From NCBI GenBank assembly GCA_002189035.1, contig NEEC01000354.1, positions 1-46,522 of the forward strand: DNA of 46,522 nt. The letters are read 5' to 3'. The notes below the pieces were generated by a model. It searched no databases and had not been told where the DNA came from. It was given only the letters and a program-made list of their open reading frames with translations. The stretch is from Utricularia gibba (lineage: Eukaryota > Plantae > Magnoliophyta). The number at the start of each line of letters is the position of its first letter. The first letter of the stretch is position 1. Below, piece after piece: positions 36,401 through 46,522 of the stretch. A program made the position numbers and the translations under genes.

Positions 36401-39400
36401 CATTTGTAGCCCGGCAAAAAAATTGATGCATTTATTAACGTTGGTTTTAATAGGCTGCCTACATGGTTTCTCAAGGAAAAGCTTGTCGTTTTGGGCGGGT
36501 GATGTCTTTTGGAACTTCGTTCTGACCCAAGGTTCGGTCTGACTCCTTTGCCACATCGGTCCTACTCGACGAAAATCGTGATGCAGTTATTGAAGTTAGG
36601 ATGTCATGAGCACCCAAAATGGTTTTCTCAACCGCATGCTTTATATTTGAGGAGGCGCTCTCGTGGGGCAACGGTATCGAGCAGGAGGTCGAGTCGAGCT
36701 CGGGCCCAGTCATTTGTAGCTCGCAAAAAACTTGATGCATTTATTAACGTTGGGTTTTAATAGGCTGCCTACATGTTTCTCAAGGAAAAGCTTGTCGTTT
36801 TGGGCGGGTGATGTCTTTTGGAACTTCGTTCTGACCAAGGTTCGGTCTGACTCCTTTGCCACATCGGGTCCTACTCGACGAAAATCGTGATGCAGTTATT
36901 GAAGTTAGGATTTCATGAGCACCCAAAATGGTTTTCTCAACCGCATGCTTTATATTTGATAAGGCGCTCTCGTGGGGCAACGGTATCGAGCAGGAGGTCG
37001 AGTCGAGCTCGGGCCCATAGTCATTTGTAGCTCGGCAAAAAACTTGATGCATTTATTAACGGTTGGTTTTTAATAGGCTGCCTCAATGGTTTTCTCAAGG
37101 AAAAGCTTGTCGTTTTTGGGCGGGTGATGTTGTTGTGAACTTCGTTCTGACCCAAGGTTCGGTCTGTCTCCTTTGCCAATCTGGTCCTACTCGACGAAAA
37201 TCGTGATGCAGTTATTGAAGTTAGGATTCATGAGCACCCAAAATGGTTTTTCAATCGCATGCTTTGTATTGAGGAGGCGCTCTAGTGGGGCAACGGTATC
37301 GGGCAGGTCGAGTCGGGCTCGGTCCATAGTCATTTTTAGCCCAAAAAAAGTGATGCATTTATTAACGTTGGTTTTAATAGGCTGCCTACATGGTTTCTCA
37401 AGGAAAAGCTTGTCGTTTTGGGCGGGTGATGTCTTTGGAACTTCGTTCTGACCATAGGTTCGGTCTGACTCCTTTGCCACATCGGTCCTACTCGACGAAA
37501 ATCGTGATGCAGTTATTGAAGTTAGGATTTCATGAGCACCCAAAATGGTTTTCTCAACCGCATGCTTTATATTTGATAAGGCGCTCTCGTGGGGCAACGG
37601 TATCGAGCAGGAGGTCGAGTCGAGCTCGGGCCCATAGTCATTTGTAGCTCGGCAAAAAACTTGATGCATTTATTAACGTTGGTTTTAATAGGCTGCCTCA
37701 ATGGTTTTCTCAAGGAAAAGCTTGTCGTTTTTGGGCGGGTGATGTCGTTGTGAACTTCGTTCTGACCCAAGGTTCGGTCTGTCTCCTTTGCCAATCGGTC
37801 CTACTCGACGAAAATCGTGATGCAGTTATTGAAGTTAGGATATCATGAGCACCCAAAATGGTTTTCTCAACCGCATGCTTTATATTTGATAAGGCACTCT
37901 CGTGGGGCAACGGTATCGAGCAGGAGGTCGAGTCGAGCTCGGCCCATAGTCATTTGTAGCTCGGCAAAAAACTTGATGCATTTATTAACGTTGGTTTTAA
38001 TAGGCCGCCTCAATGGTTTCTCAAGGAAAAGCTTGTCGTTTTTGGGCGGTGATGTCGTTGTGAACTTCGTTCTGACCCAAGGTTCGGTCTGACTCCTTTG
38101 CCAAATCGGTCCTACTCGACGAAAATCGTGATGCAGTTATTGAAGTTAGGATTTCATGAGCACCCAAATGGTTTTCTCAACGCATGCTTTATATTTGAGG
38201 AGGCGCTCTCGTGGGGCACGGTATCGGGCAAAAGGTCGAGTCGAGCTCGGTCCCATAGTCATTTGTAGCTCGCAAAAAACTTGATGCATTTATAACGTTG
38301 GTTTTAATAGGCTGCCTACATGGTTTCTCAAGGAAAAGCTTGTCGTTTTTGGCGGGTGATGTCGTTGGAACTTCGTTCGACCCAAGGTTCGGTCTGACTC
38401 CTTTGCCACATCGGTCCTACTCGACGAAATCGTGATGCAGTTATTGAAGTTAGGATGTCATGAGCACCCAAAATGGTTTTTTCAACCGCATGCTTTATAT
38501 TGAGGAGGCGCTCTAGTGGGGCAACGGTATCGAGCAGGAGGTCGAGTCGAGCTCGGCCCATAGTCATTTGTAGCTCGGCAAAAAACTTGATGCATTTATT
38601 AACGGGGTTTTAATAGGCTGCCTACATGGTTTCTCAAGGAAAAGCTTGTCGTTTTTGGGCGGGTGATGTCGTTGGAACTTCGTTCAGACCCAAGGTTCGG
38701 TCTGACTCCTTTGCCACATCGGTCCTACTCGACGAAAATCGTGATGCAGTTATTGAAGTTAGGATGTCATGAGCACCCAAAATGGTTTTCTCAACCGCAT
38801 GCTTTATATTTGAGGAAGGCGCTCTAGTGGGGCAACGGTATCGAGCAGGAGGTCGAGTCGAGCTCGGGCCCATAGTCATTTGTAGCTCGGCAAAAAACTT
38901 GATGCATTTATTAACGTTGGTTTTAATAGGCCGCCTCAATGGTTTTCTCAAGGAAAAGCTTGTCGTTTTTGGGCGGTGATGTCGTTGTGAACTTCGTTCT
39001 GACCCATGGTTCGGTCTGTCTCCTTTGCAAATCTGGTCCTACTCGACGAAAATCGTGATGCAGTTATTGAAGTTAGGATTTCATGAGCACCCAAAATGGT
39101 TTTCTCAATCGCATGCTTTGTATTTGAGGAGGCGCTCTAGTGGGGCACGGTATCGGGCAAAAGGTCGAGTCGGGCTCGGTCCATACTCATTTGTAGCTCC
39201 GCAAAAAACGTGATGCATTTATAACGTTGGGTTTTAATAGGCTGCCTACATGGTTTCTAAGGAAAAGCTTGTCGTTTTTCGGGGTGATGTCGTTGGGAAC
39301 TTCGTTCAGACCCAAGGTTCGGTCAGACTCCTTTGCCACATCAGGTCCTACTCGACGATAATCGTAATGCATTTATTGAAGTTAGGATGTCATGAGCACC

Positions 39401-40264
39401 CAAAATGGTTTTCTCAACCGCATGCTTTATATTTGATAGGCGCTCTAGTGGGGCAACGGTATCGAGCAGGAGGTCGAGTCGAGCTCGGGCCCATAGTCAT
39501 TTGTAGCTCGGCAAAAAACTTGATGCATTTATTAACGGGGTTTTAATAGGCTGCCTACATGGTTTCTAAGGAAAAGCTTGTCGTTTTTGGCGGGTGATGT
39601 CGTTGGGAACTTCGTTCAGACCCAAGGTTCGGTCTGACTCCTTTGCCACATCGGTCCTACTCGACGAAATCGTGATGCAGTTATTGAAGTTAGGATGTCA
39701 TGAGCACCAAAATGGTTTTTCAACCGCATGCTTTATATTTGAGGAGGCGCTCTCGTGGGGCAACGGTATCGAGCAGGAGGTCGAGTCGAGCTCGGGCCCA
39801 TAGTCATTTGTAGCTCGGCAAAAAACTTGATGCATTTATTAACGTTGGTTTTAATAGGCCGCCTAATGTTTTCTCAAGGAAAAGCTTGTCGTTTTTTGGG
39901 CGGTGATGTCGTTGTGAACTTCGTTCTGACCCAAGGTTCGGTCTGTCTCCTTTGCCAAATCGGTCCTACTCGACGAAAATCGTGATGCAGTTATTGAAGT
40001 TAGGATTCATGAGCACCCAAAATGGTTTTCTCAACGCATGCTTTATATTTGAGGAGGCGCTCTAGTGGGGCACGGTATCGGCAAGGTCGAGTCGGCTCGG
40101 TCCCATAGTCATTTGTAGCTCGCAAAAAATTGATGCATTTATTAACGTTGGTTTTTAATAGGCTGCCTACATGGTTTTCTCAAGGAAAAGCTTGTCGTTT
40201 TGGCGGGTGATGTCGTTGGAACTTCGTTCAGACCCAAGGTTCGGTCTGACTCCTTTGCCACATC
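33471..40264 (+). repeat. Second local trimeric higher-order repeat, marked by class D monomers (~927 bp period)
   Basis: Seen: D or D-like monomers start at 33471, 34391, 35316, 36249 (weak), 37183, 38108, 39035 and 39962. Confidence 0.7.
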
Positions 40265-43200
40265 GGTCCTACTCGACGAAATCGTGATGCATTATTGAAG
40301 TTAGGATGTCATGAGCACCCAAAATGGTTTTCTCAATCGCATGCTTTATATTTGATAAGGCACTCTCGTGGGGCAACGGTATCGAGCAGGAGGTCGAGTC
40401 GAGCTCGGCCCATAGTCATTTGTAGCTCGGCAAAAAACTTGATGCATTTATTAACGTTGGTTTTAATAGGCTGCCTCAATGGTTTCTCAAGGAAAAGCTT
40501 GTCGTTTTTGGCGGTGATGTCGTTGTGAACTTCGTTCGACCCAAGGTTCGGTCTGACTCCTTTGCCACATCGGGTCCTACTCGAAAATCGTGATGCAGTT
40601 ATTGAAGTTAGGATTCATGAGCACCCAAAATGGTTTTTCAACCGCATGCTTTATATTTGATAAGGCGCTCTCGTGGGGCAACGGTATCGAGCAGGAGGTC
40701 GAGTCGAGCTCGGGCCCATAGTCATTTGTAGCTCGGCAAAAAATTGATGCATTTATTAACGTTGGTTTAATAGGCTGCCTACATGGTTTCTCAAGGAAAA
40801 GCTTGTCGTTTTTGGGCGGGTGATGTCGTTGGAACTTCGTTCGGACCCAAGGTTCGTCTGACTCCTTTGCCACATCGGGTCCTACTCGACGAAAATCGTG
40901 ATGCAGTTATTGAAGTTAGGATTCATGAGCACCCAAAATGGTTTTCTCAACCGCATGCTTTATATTTGATAAGGCACTCTCGTGGGGCAACGGTATCGAG
41001 CAGGAGGTCGAGTCGAGCTCGGGCCCATAGTCATTTGTAGCTCGGCAAAAAACTTGATGCATTTATTAACGTTGGTTTTAATAGGCCTCAATGTTTTCTC
41101 AAGGAAAAGCTTGTCGTTTTTGGCGGTGATGTCGTTGTGAACTTCGTTCGACCCAAGGTTCTGTCTGACTCCTTTGCCACATCGGGTCCTACTCGACGAA
41201 AATCGTGATGCAGTTATTGAAGTTAGGATATCATGAGCACCCAAAATGGTTTTCTCAACCGCATGCTTTATATTTGATAGGCACTCTCGTGGGGCAACGG
41301 TATCGAGCAGGAGGTCGAGTCGAGCTCGGGCCCATAGTCATTTGTAGCTCGGCAAAAAAATTGATGCATTTATTAACGTTGGTTTATTAGGCCGCCTACA
41401 TGTTTCTCAAGGAAAAGCTTGTCGTTTTTGGGCGGGTGATGTCGTTGGGAACTTCGTTCGACCCAAGGTTCGTCTGACTCCTTTGCCACATCGGGTCCTA
41501 CTCGACGAAAATCGTGATGCAGTTATTGAAGTTAGGATATCATGAGCACCCAAAATGGTTTTCTCAACGCATGCTTTATATTTGATAAGGCTCTCGTGGG
41601 GCAACGGTATCGAGCAGGAGGTCGAGTCGAGCTCGGGCCCATAGTCATTTGTAGCTCGGCAAAAAACTTGATGCATTTATTAACGGTTGGTTTTAATAGG
41701 CTGCCTCAATGGTTTTCTCAAGGAAAAGCTTGTCGTTTTTGGGCGGTGATGTCGTTGTGAACTTCGTTCGGACCCAAGGTTCTGTCTGACTCCTTTGCCA
41801 CATCGGGTCCTACTCGACGAAAATCGTGATGCAGTTATTGAAGTTAGGATATCATGAGCACCCAAAATGGTTTTTCAACCGCATGCTTTATTTGATAAGG
41901 CACTCTCGTGGGGCAACGGTATCGAGCAGGAGGTCGAGTCGAGCTCGGGCCCATAGTCATTTGTAGCTCGGCAAAAAACTTGATGCATTTATTAACGTTG
42001 GTTTAATAGGCTGCCTCAATGGTTTTCTCAAGGAAAAGCTTGTCGTTTTTGGGCGGTGATGTCGTTGGAACTTCGTTCGGACCCAAGGTTCTGTCTGACT
42101 CCTTTGCCACATCGGTCCTACTCGACGAAAATCGTGATGCAGTTATTGAAGTTAGGATATCATGAGCACCCAAAATGGTTTTCTCAACCGCATGCTTTAT
42201 ATTTGATAAGGCACTCTCGTGGGGCAACGGTATCGAGCAGGAGGTCGAGTCGAGCTCGGGCCCATAGTCATTTGTAGCTCGGCAAAAAACTTGATGCATT
42301 TATTAACGTTGGTTTTAATAGGCCGCCTCAATGGTTTCTCAAGGAAAAGCTTGTCGTTTTTGGCGGTGATGTCGTTGTGAACTTCGTTCTGACCCAAGGT
42401 TCGGTCTGACTCCTTTGCCACATCGGTCCTACTCGACGAAAATCGTGATGCAGTTATTGAAGTTAGGATTTCATGAGCACCCAAAATGGTTTTCTCAACG
42501 CATGCTTTATATTTGAGGAGGCGCTCTAGTGGGGCAACGGTATCGGGCAGAGGTCGAGTCGAGCTCGGTCCCATAGTCATTTGTAGCTCGCAAAAAACGT
42601 GATGCATTTATTAACGTTGGTTTTAATAGGCTGCCTACATGGTTTCTCAAGGAAAAGCTTGTCGTTTTTGGCGGGTGATGTCGTTGGGAACTTCGTTCAG
42701 ACCCAAGGTTCGGTCTGACTCCTTTGCCACATCGGTCCTACTCGACGAAATCGTGATGCATTTATTGAAGTTAGGATGTCATGAGCACCAAAATGGTTTT
42801 TCAACCGCATGCTTTATATTTGAGGAGGCGCTCTCGTGGGGCAACGGTATCGAGCAGGAGGTCGAGTCGAGCTCGGGCCCATAGTCATTTGTAGCTCGGC
42901 AAAAAACTTGATGCATTTATTAACGGGGTTTTAATAGGCTGCCTACATGGTTTTCTCAAGGAAAAGCTTGTCGTTTTTGGCGGTGATGTCGTTGGGAACT
43001 TCGTTCGACCCAAGGTTCGGTCTGACTCCTTTGCCACATCGGTCCTACTCGACGAAAATCGTGATGCAGTTATTGAAGTTAGGATTCATGAGCACCCAAA
43101 ATGGTTTTTCAACCGCATGCTTTATATTTGAGGAGGCGCTCTCGTGGGGCAACGGTATCGAGCAGGAGGTCGAGTCGAGCTCGGGCCCATAGTCATTTGT

Positions 43201-45200
43201 AGCTCGGCAAAAAACTTGATGCATTTATTAACGGTTGGTTTTAATAGGCCGCCTCAATGGTTTTCTCAAGGAAAAGCTTGTCGTTTTTGGGCGGTGATGT
43301 CGTTGTGAACTTCGTTCTGACCCATGGTTCGGTCTGTCTCCTTTGCCAATCTGGTCCTACTCGACGAAAATCGTGATGCAGTTATTGAAGTTAGGATTTC
43401 ATGAGCACCCAAAATGGTTTTCTCAATCGCATGCTTTGTATTTGAGGAGGCGCTCTAGTGGGGCACGGTATCGGCAAAAGGTCGAGTCGGGCTCGGTCCC
43501 ATACTCATTTGTAGCTCCGCAAAAAACGTGATGCATTTACTAACGTTGGGTTTTAATAGGCTGCCTACATGGTTTCTCAAGGAAAAGCTTGTCGTTTTTC
43601 GGCGGGTGATGTCGTTGGGAACTTCGTTCAGACCCAAGGTTCGGTCAGACTCCTTTGCCACATCAGGTCCTACTCGACGATAATCGTAATGCATTTATTG
43701 AAGTTAGGATGTCATGAGCACCCAAAATGGTTTTCTCAATCGCATGCTTTATATTTGATAAGGCACTCTCGTGGGGCAACGGTATCGAGCAGGAGGTCGA
43801 GTCGAGCTCGGCCCATAGTCATTTGTAGCTCGGCAAAAAACTTGATGCATTTATTAACGTTGGTTTTAATAGGCCGCCTCAATGGTTTCTCAAGGAAAAG
43901 CTTGTCGTTTTTGGGCGGGTGATGTCGTTGTGAACTTCGTTCGACCCAAGGTTCGGTCTGACTCCTTTGCCACATCGGGTCCTACTCGACGAAAATCGTG
44001 ATGCAGTTATTGAAGTTAGGATATCATGAGCACCCAAAATGGTTTTCTCAACCGCATGCTTTATATTTGATAAGGCTCTCGTGGGGCAACGGTATCGAGC
44101 AGGAGGTCGAGTCGAGTCGGGCCATAGTCATTTGTAGCTCGGCAAAAAAATTGATGCATTTATTAACGTTGGTTTATAGGCTGCCTACATGTTTCTCAAG
44201 GAAAAGCTGTCGTTTTTGGGCGGGTGATGTCGTTGGAACTTCGTTCGGACCCAAGGTTCTGTCTGACTCCTTTGCCACATCGGTCCTACTCGACGAAAAT
44301 CGTGATGAAGTTATTGAAGTTAGGATATCATGAGCACCCAAAATGGTTTTCTCAACCGCATGCTTTATATTTGATAAGGCACTCTCGTGGGGCAACGGTA
44401 TCGAGCAGGAGGTCGAGTCGAGCTCGGCCCATAGTCATTTGTAGCTCGGCAAAAAACTTGATGCATTTATTAACGTTGGTTTTAATAGGCGCCTCAATGG
44501 TTTTCTCAAGGAAAAGCTTGTCGTTTTTGGCGGTGATGTCGTTGTGAACTTCGTTCGGACCCAAGGTTCTGTCTGACTCCTTTGCCACATCGGGTCCTAC
44601 TCGACGAAAATCGTGATGCAGTTATTGAAGTTAGGATATGAGCACCCAAAATGGTTTCTCAACCGCATGCTTTATATTTGATAAGGCACTCTCGTGGGGC
44701 AACGGTATCGAGCAGGAGGTCGAGTCGAGCTCGGGCCCATAGTCATTTGTAGCTCGGCAAAAAATTGATGCATTTATTAACGTTGGTTTAATAGGCGCCT
44801 ACATGTTTCTCAAGGAAAAGCTTGTCGTTTTTGGGCGGGTGATGTCGTTGGGAACTTCGTTCGGACCCAAGGTTCTGTCTGACTCCTTTGCCACATCGGG
44901 TCCTACTCGACGAAAATCGTGATGCAGTTATTGAAGTTAGGATATCATGAGCACCCAAAATGGTTTTCTCAACCGCATGCTTTATATTTGATAAGGCGCT
45001 CTCGTGGGGCAACGGTATCGAGCAGGAGGTCGAGTCGAGCTCGGGCCCATAGTCATTTGTAGCTCGGCAAAAAACTTGATGCATTTATTAACGTTGGTTT
45101 ATAGGCTGCCTACATGGTTTCTCAAGGAAAAGCTTGTCGTTTTTGGGCGGTGATGTCGTTGTGAACTTCGTTCGGACCCAAGGTTCGTCTGACTCCTTTG
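37797..45200 (+). repeat. Multi-monomer block duplication (offset 14 monomers, then 11 monomers)
   Basis: Seen: the rare marker GGTCAGACTCC...CATCAGGTCC...GACGATAATCGTAATGC occurs only at ~39321-39370 and ~43643-43692, 4322 bp apart. Flanking monomer classes match at this offset from 37797 versus 42114. The right boundary is approximate. Confidence 0.75.
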
Positions 45201-46522
45201 CCACATCGGGTCCTACTCGACGAAAATCGTGATGCAGTTATTGAAGTTAGGATTCATGAGCACCCAAAATGGTTTTCTCAACCGCATGCTTTATATTTGA
45301 TAAGGCACTCTCGTGGGCAACGGTATCGAGCAGGAGGTCGAGTCGAGCTCGGCCCATAGTCATTTGTAGCTCGGCAAAAAACTTGATGCATTTATTAACG
45401 GTTGGTTTTAATAGGCCGCCTCAATGGTTTTCTCAAGGAAAAGCTTGTCGTTTTTGGGCGGTGATGTCGTTGTGAACTTCGTTCGGACCAAGGTTCTGGT
45501 CTGACTCCTTTGCCACATCGGGTCCTACTCGACGAAAATCGTGATGCAGTTATTGAAGTTAGGATATCATGAGCACCCAAAATGGTTTTCTCAACCGCAT
45601 GCTTTATATTTGATAAGGCACTCTCGTGGGGCAACGGTATCGAGCAGGAGGTCGAGTCGAGCTCGGGCCCATAGTCATTTGTAGCTCGGCAAAAAACTTG
45701 ATGCATTTATTAACGTTGGTTTTAATAGGCCGCTCAATGGTTTTCAAGGAAAAGCTTGTCGTTTTTGGGCGGTGATGTCGTTGTGAACTTCGTTCTGACC
45801 CATGGTTCGGTCTGACTCCTTTGCCACATCGGGTCCTACTCGACGAAAATCGTGATGCAGTTATTGAAGTTAGGATTCATGAGCACCCAAAATGGTTTTC
45901 TCAACCGCATGCTTTATATTTGATAAGGCGCTCTCGTGGGGCAACGGTATCGAGCAGGAGGTCGAGTCGAGCTCGGGCCCATAGTCATTTGTAGCTCGGC
46001 AAAAAAATTGATGCATTTATTAACGTTGGTTTTAATAGGCTGCCTCAATGGTTTCTCAAGGAAAAGCTTGTCGTTTTTGGGCGGGTGATGTCGTTGTGAA
46101 CTTCGTTCGGACCCAAGGTTCGTCTGACTCCTTTGCCACATCGGGTCCTACTCGACGAAAATCGTGATGCAGTTATTGAAGTTAGGATATCATGAGCACC
46201 CAAAATGGTTTTCTCAACCGCATGCTTTATATTTGATAAGGCACTCTCGTGGGGCAACGGTATCGAGCAGGAGGTCGAGTCGAGCTCGGGCCCATAGTCA
46301 TTTGTAGCTCGGCAAAAAACTTGATGCATTTATTAACGTTGGTTTTAATAGGCTGCCTCAATGGTTTCTCAAGGAAAAGCTTGTCGTTTTTGGGCGGGTG
46401 ATGTCGTTGTGAACTTCGTTCTGACCCATGGTTCGGTCTGATCCTTTGCCAATCGGTCCTACTCGACGAAAATCGTGATGCAGTTATTGAAGTTAGGATT
46501 TCATGAGCACCCAAAATGGTTT

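Larger units (their letters stand above)
1..46522 (+). repeat. Tandem satellite DNA array, ~313-bp monomer, ~150 complete head-to-tail copies; candidate Silene latifolia-type subtelomeric SacI/X43.1 family (identity unverified)
   Basis: Seen: the marker CTACTCGACGAAAATCGTGATGCAG recurs every ~300-315 bp in the same orientation from ~150 to ~46460. Consensus by eye: GGTCCTACTCGACGAAAATCGTGATGCAGTTATTGAAGTTAGGATTCATGAGCACCCAAAATGGTTTTCTCAACCGCATGCTTTATATTTGATAAGGCGCTCTCGTGGGGCAACGGTATCGAGCAGGAGGTCGAGTCGAGCTCGGGCCCATAGTCATTTGTAGCTCGGCAAAAAACTTGATGCATTTATTAACGTTGGTTTTAATAGGCTGCCTACATGTTTTCTCAAGGAAAAGCTTGTCGTTTTTGGGCGGGTGATGTCGTTGTGAACTTCGTTCTGACCCAAGGTTCGGTCTGACTCCTTTGCCACATCG (313 bp; A71 C65 G81 T96). 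The confidence value is for the satellite call; the family name is only about 0.55-0.6. Confidence 0.99.

Noticed and set aside
134-46514. Hundreds of short ORFs with recurring peptides (e.g. MPHRVLLDENRDAVIEVRIHEHPKWFSQPHALYL, MWQRSQT..., MGAHEILTSITASRF...)
   Set aside because: They are translations of the same 313-bp non-coding monomer in all six frames. The monomer length is not a multiple of 3, frames change at random with indels, many starts are non-ATG and I recognise no protein family.
1-46522. CRISPR array or other repeat-spacer cassette system
   Set aside because: The variable parts are alleles of homologous positions, not unique spacers. There are no cas, integrase or recombinase genes.
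1-46522. Rolling-circle or sequencing concatemer of one small circle (eccDNA, viroid-like element, plasmid)
   Set aside because: Copies of a single template would differ only by random error. Here variants are linked, form classes and change with position, and no single period spans the window.

Overview
The whole 46,522-bp window is one uninterrupted head-to-tail satellite DNA array. It holds about 150 complete monomers (first marker GGTCCTACTCG at 144, last at 46455, mean spacing about 309 bp, consensus 313 bp, about 47% GC) plus partial monomers at both ends. I see no genes, RNA genes, transposon insertions, inversions, CRISPR spacers or telomere repeats, and every ORF in the track is a by-product of the repeat. 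Monomer length, AT content (about 53%) and one SacI site per monomer match my recollection of the Silene latifolia subtelomeric SacI/X43.1 satellite, but that needs a BLAST check. Four internal features stand out. (1) The monomer is an old dimer of a 156/157-bp unit (49/66 ungapped identity between halves). (2) Monomers fall into linked-variant classes arranged as short-lived local higher-order repeats with periods of about 2, 3, 4, 6 and 14/11 monomers. (3) The variant set turns over along the array, with a marked switch at about 34-38 kb. (4) Several recurrent polymorphisms are C>T or G>A changes at CG and CHG sites, as expected for plant-type methylation. Scattered homopolymer indels look like long-read error, so single-monomer indels should not be trusted. 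I found no evidence for a novel gene-encoded system. All counts were done by eye.
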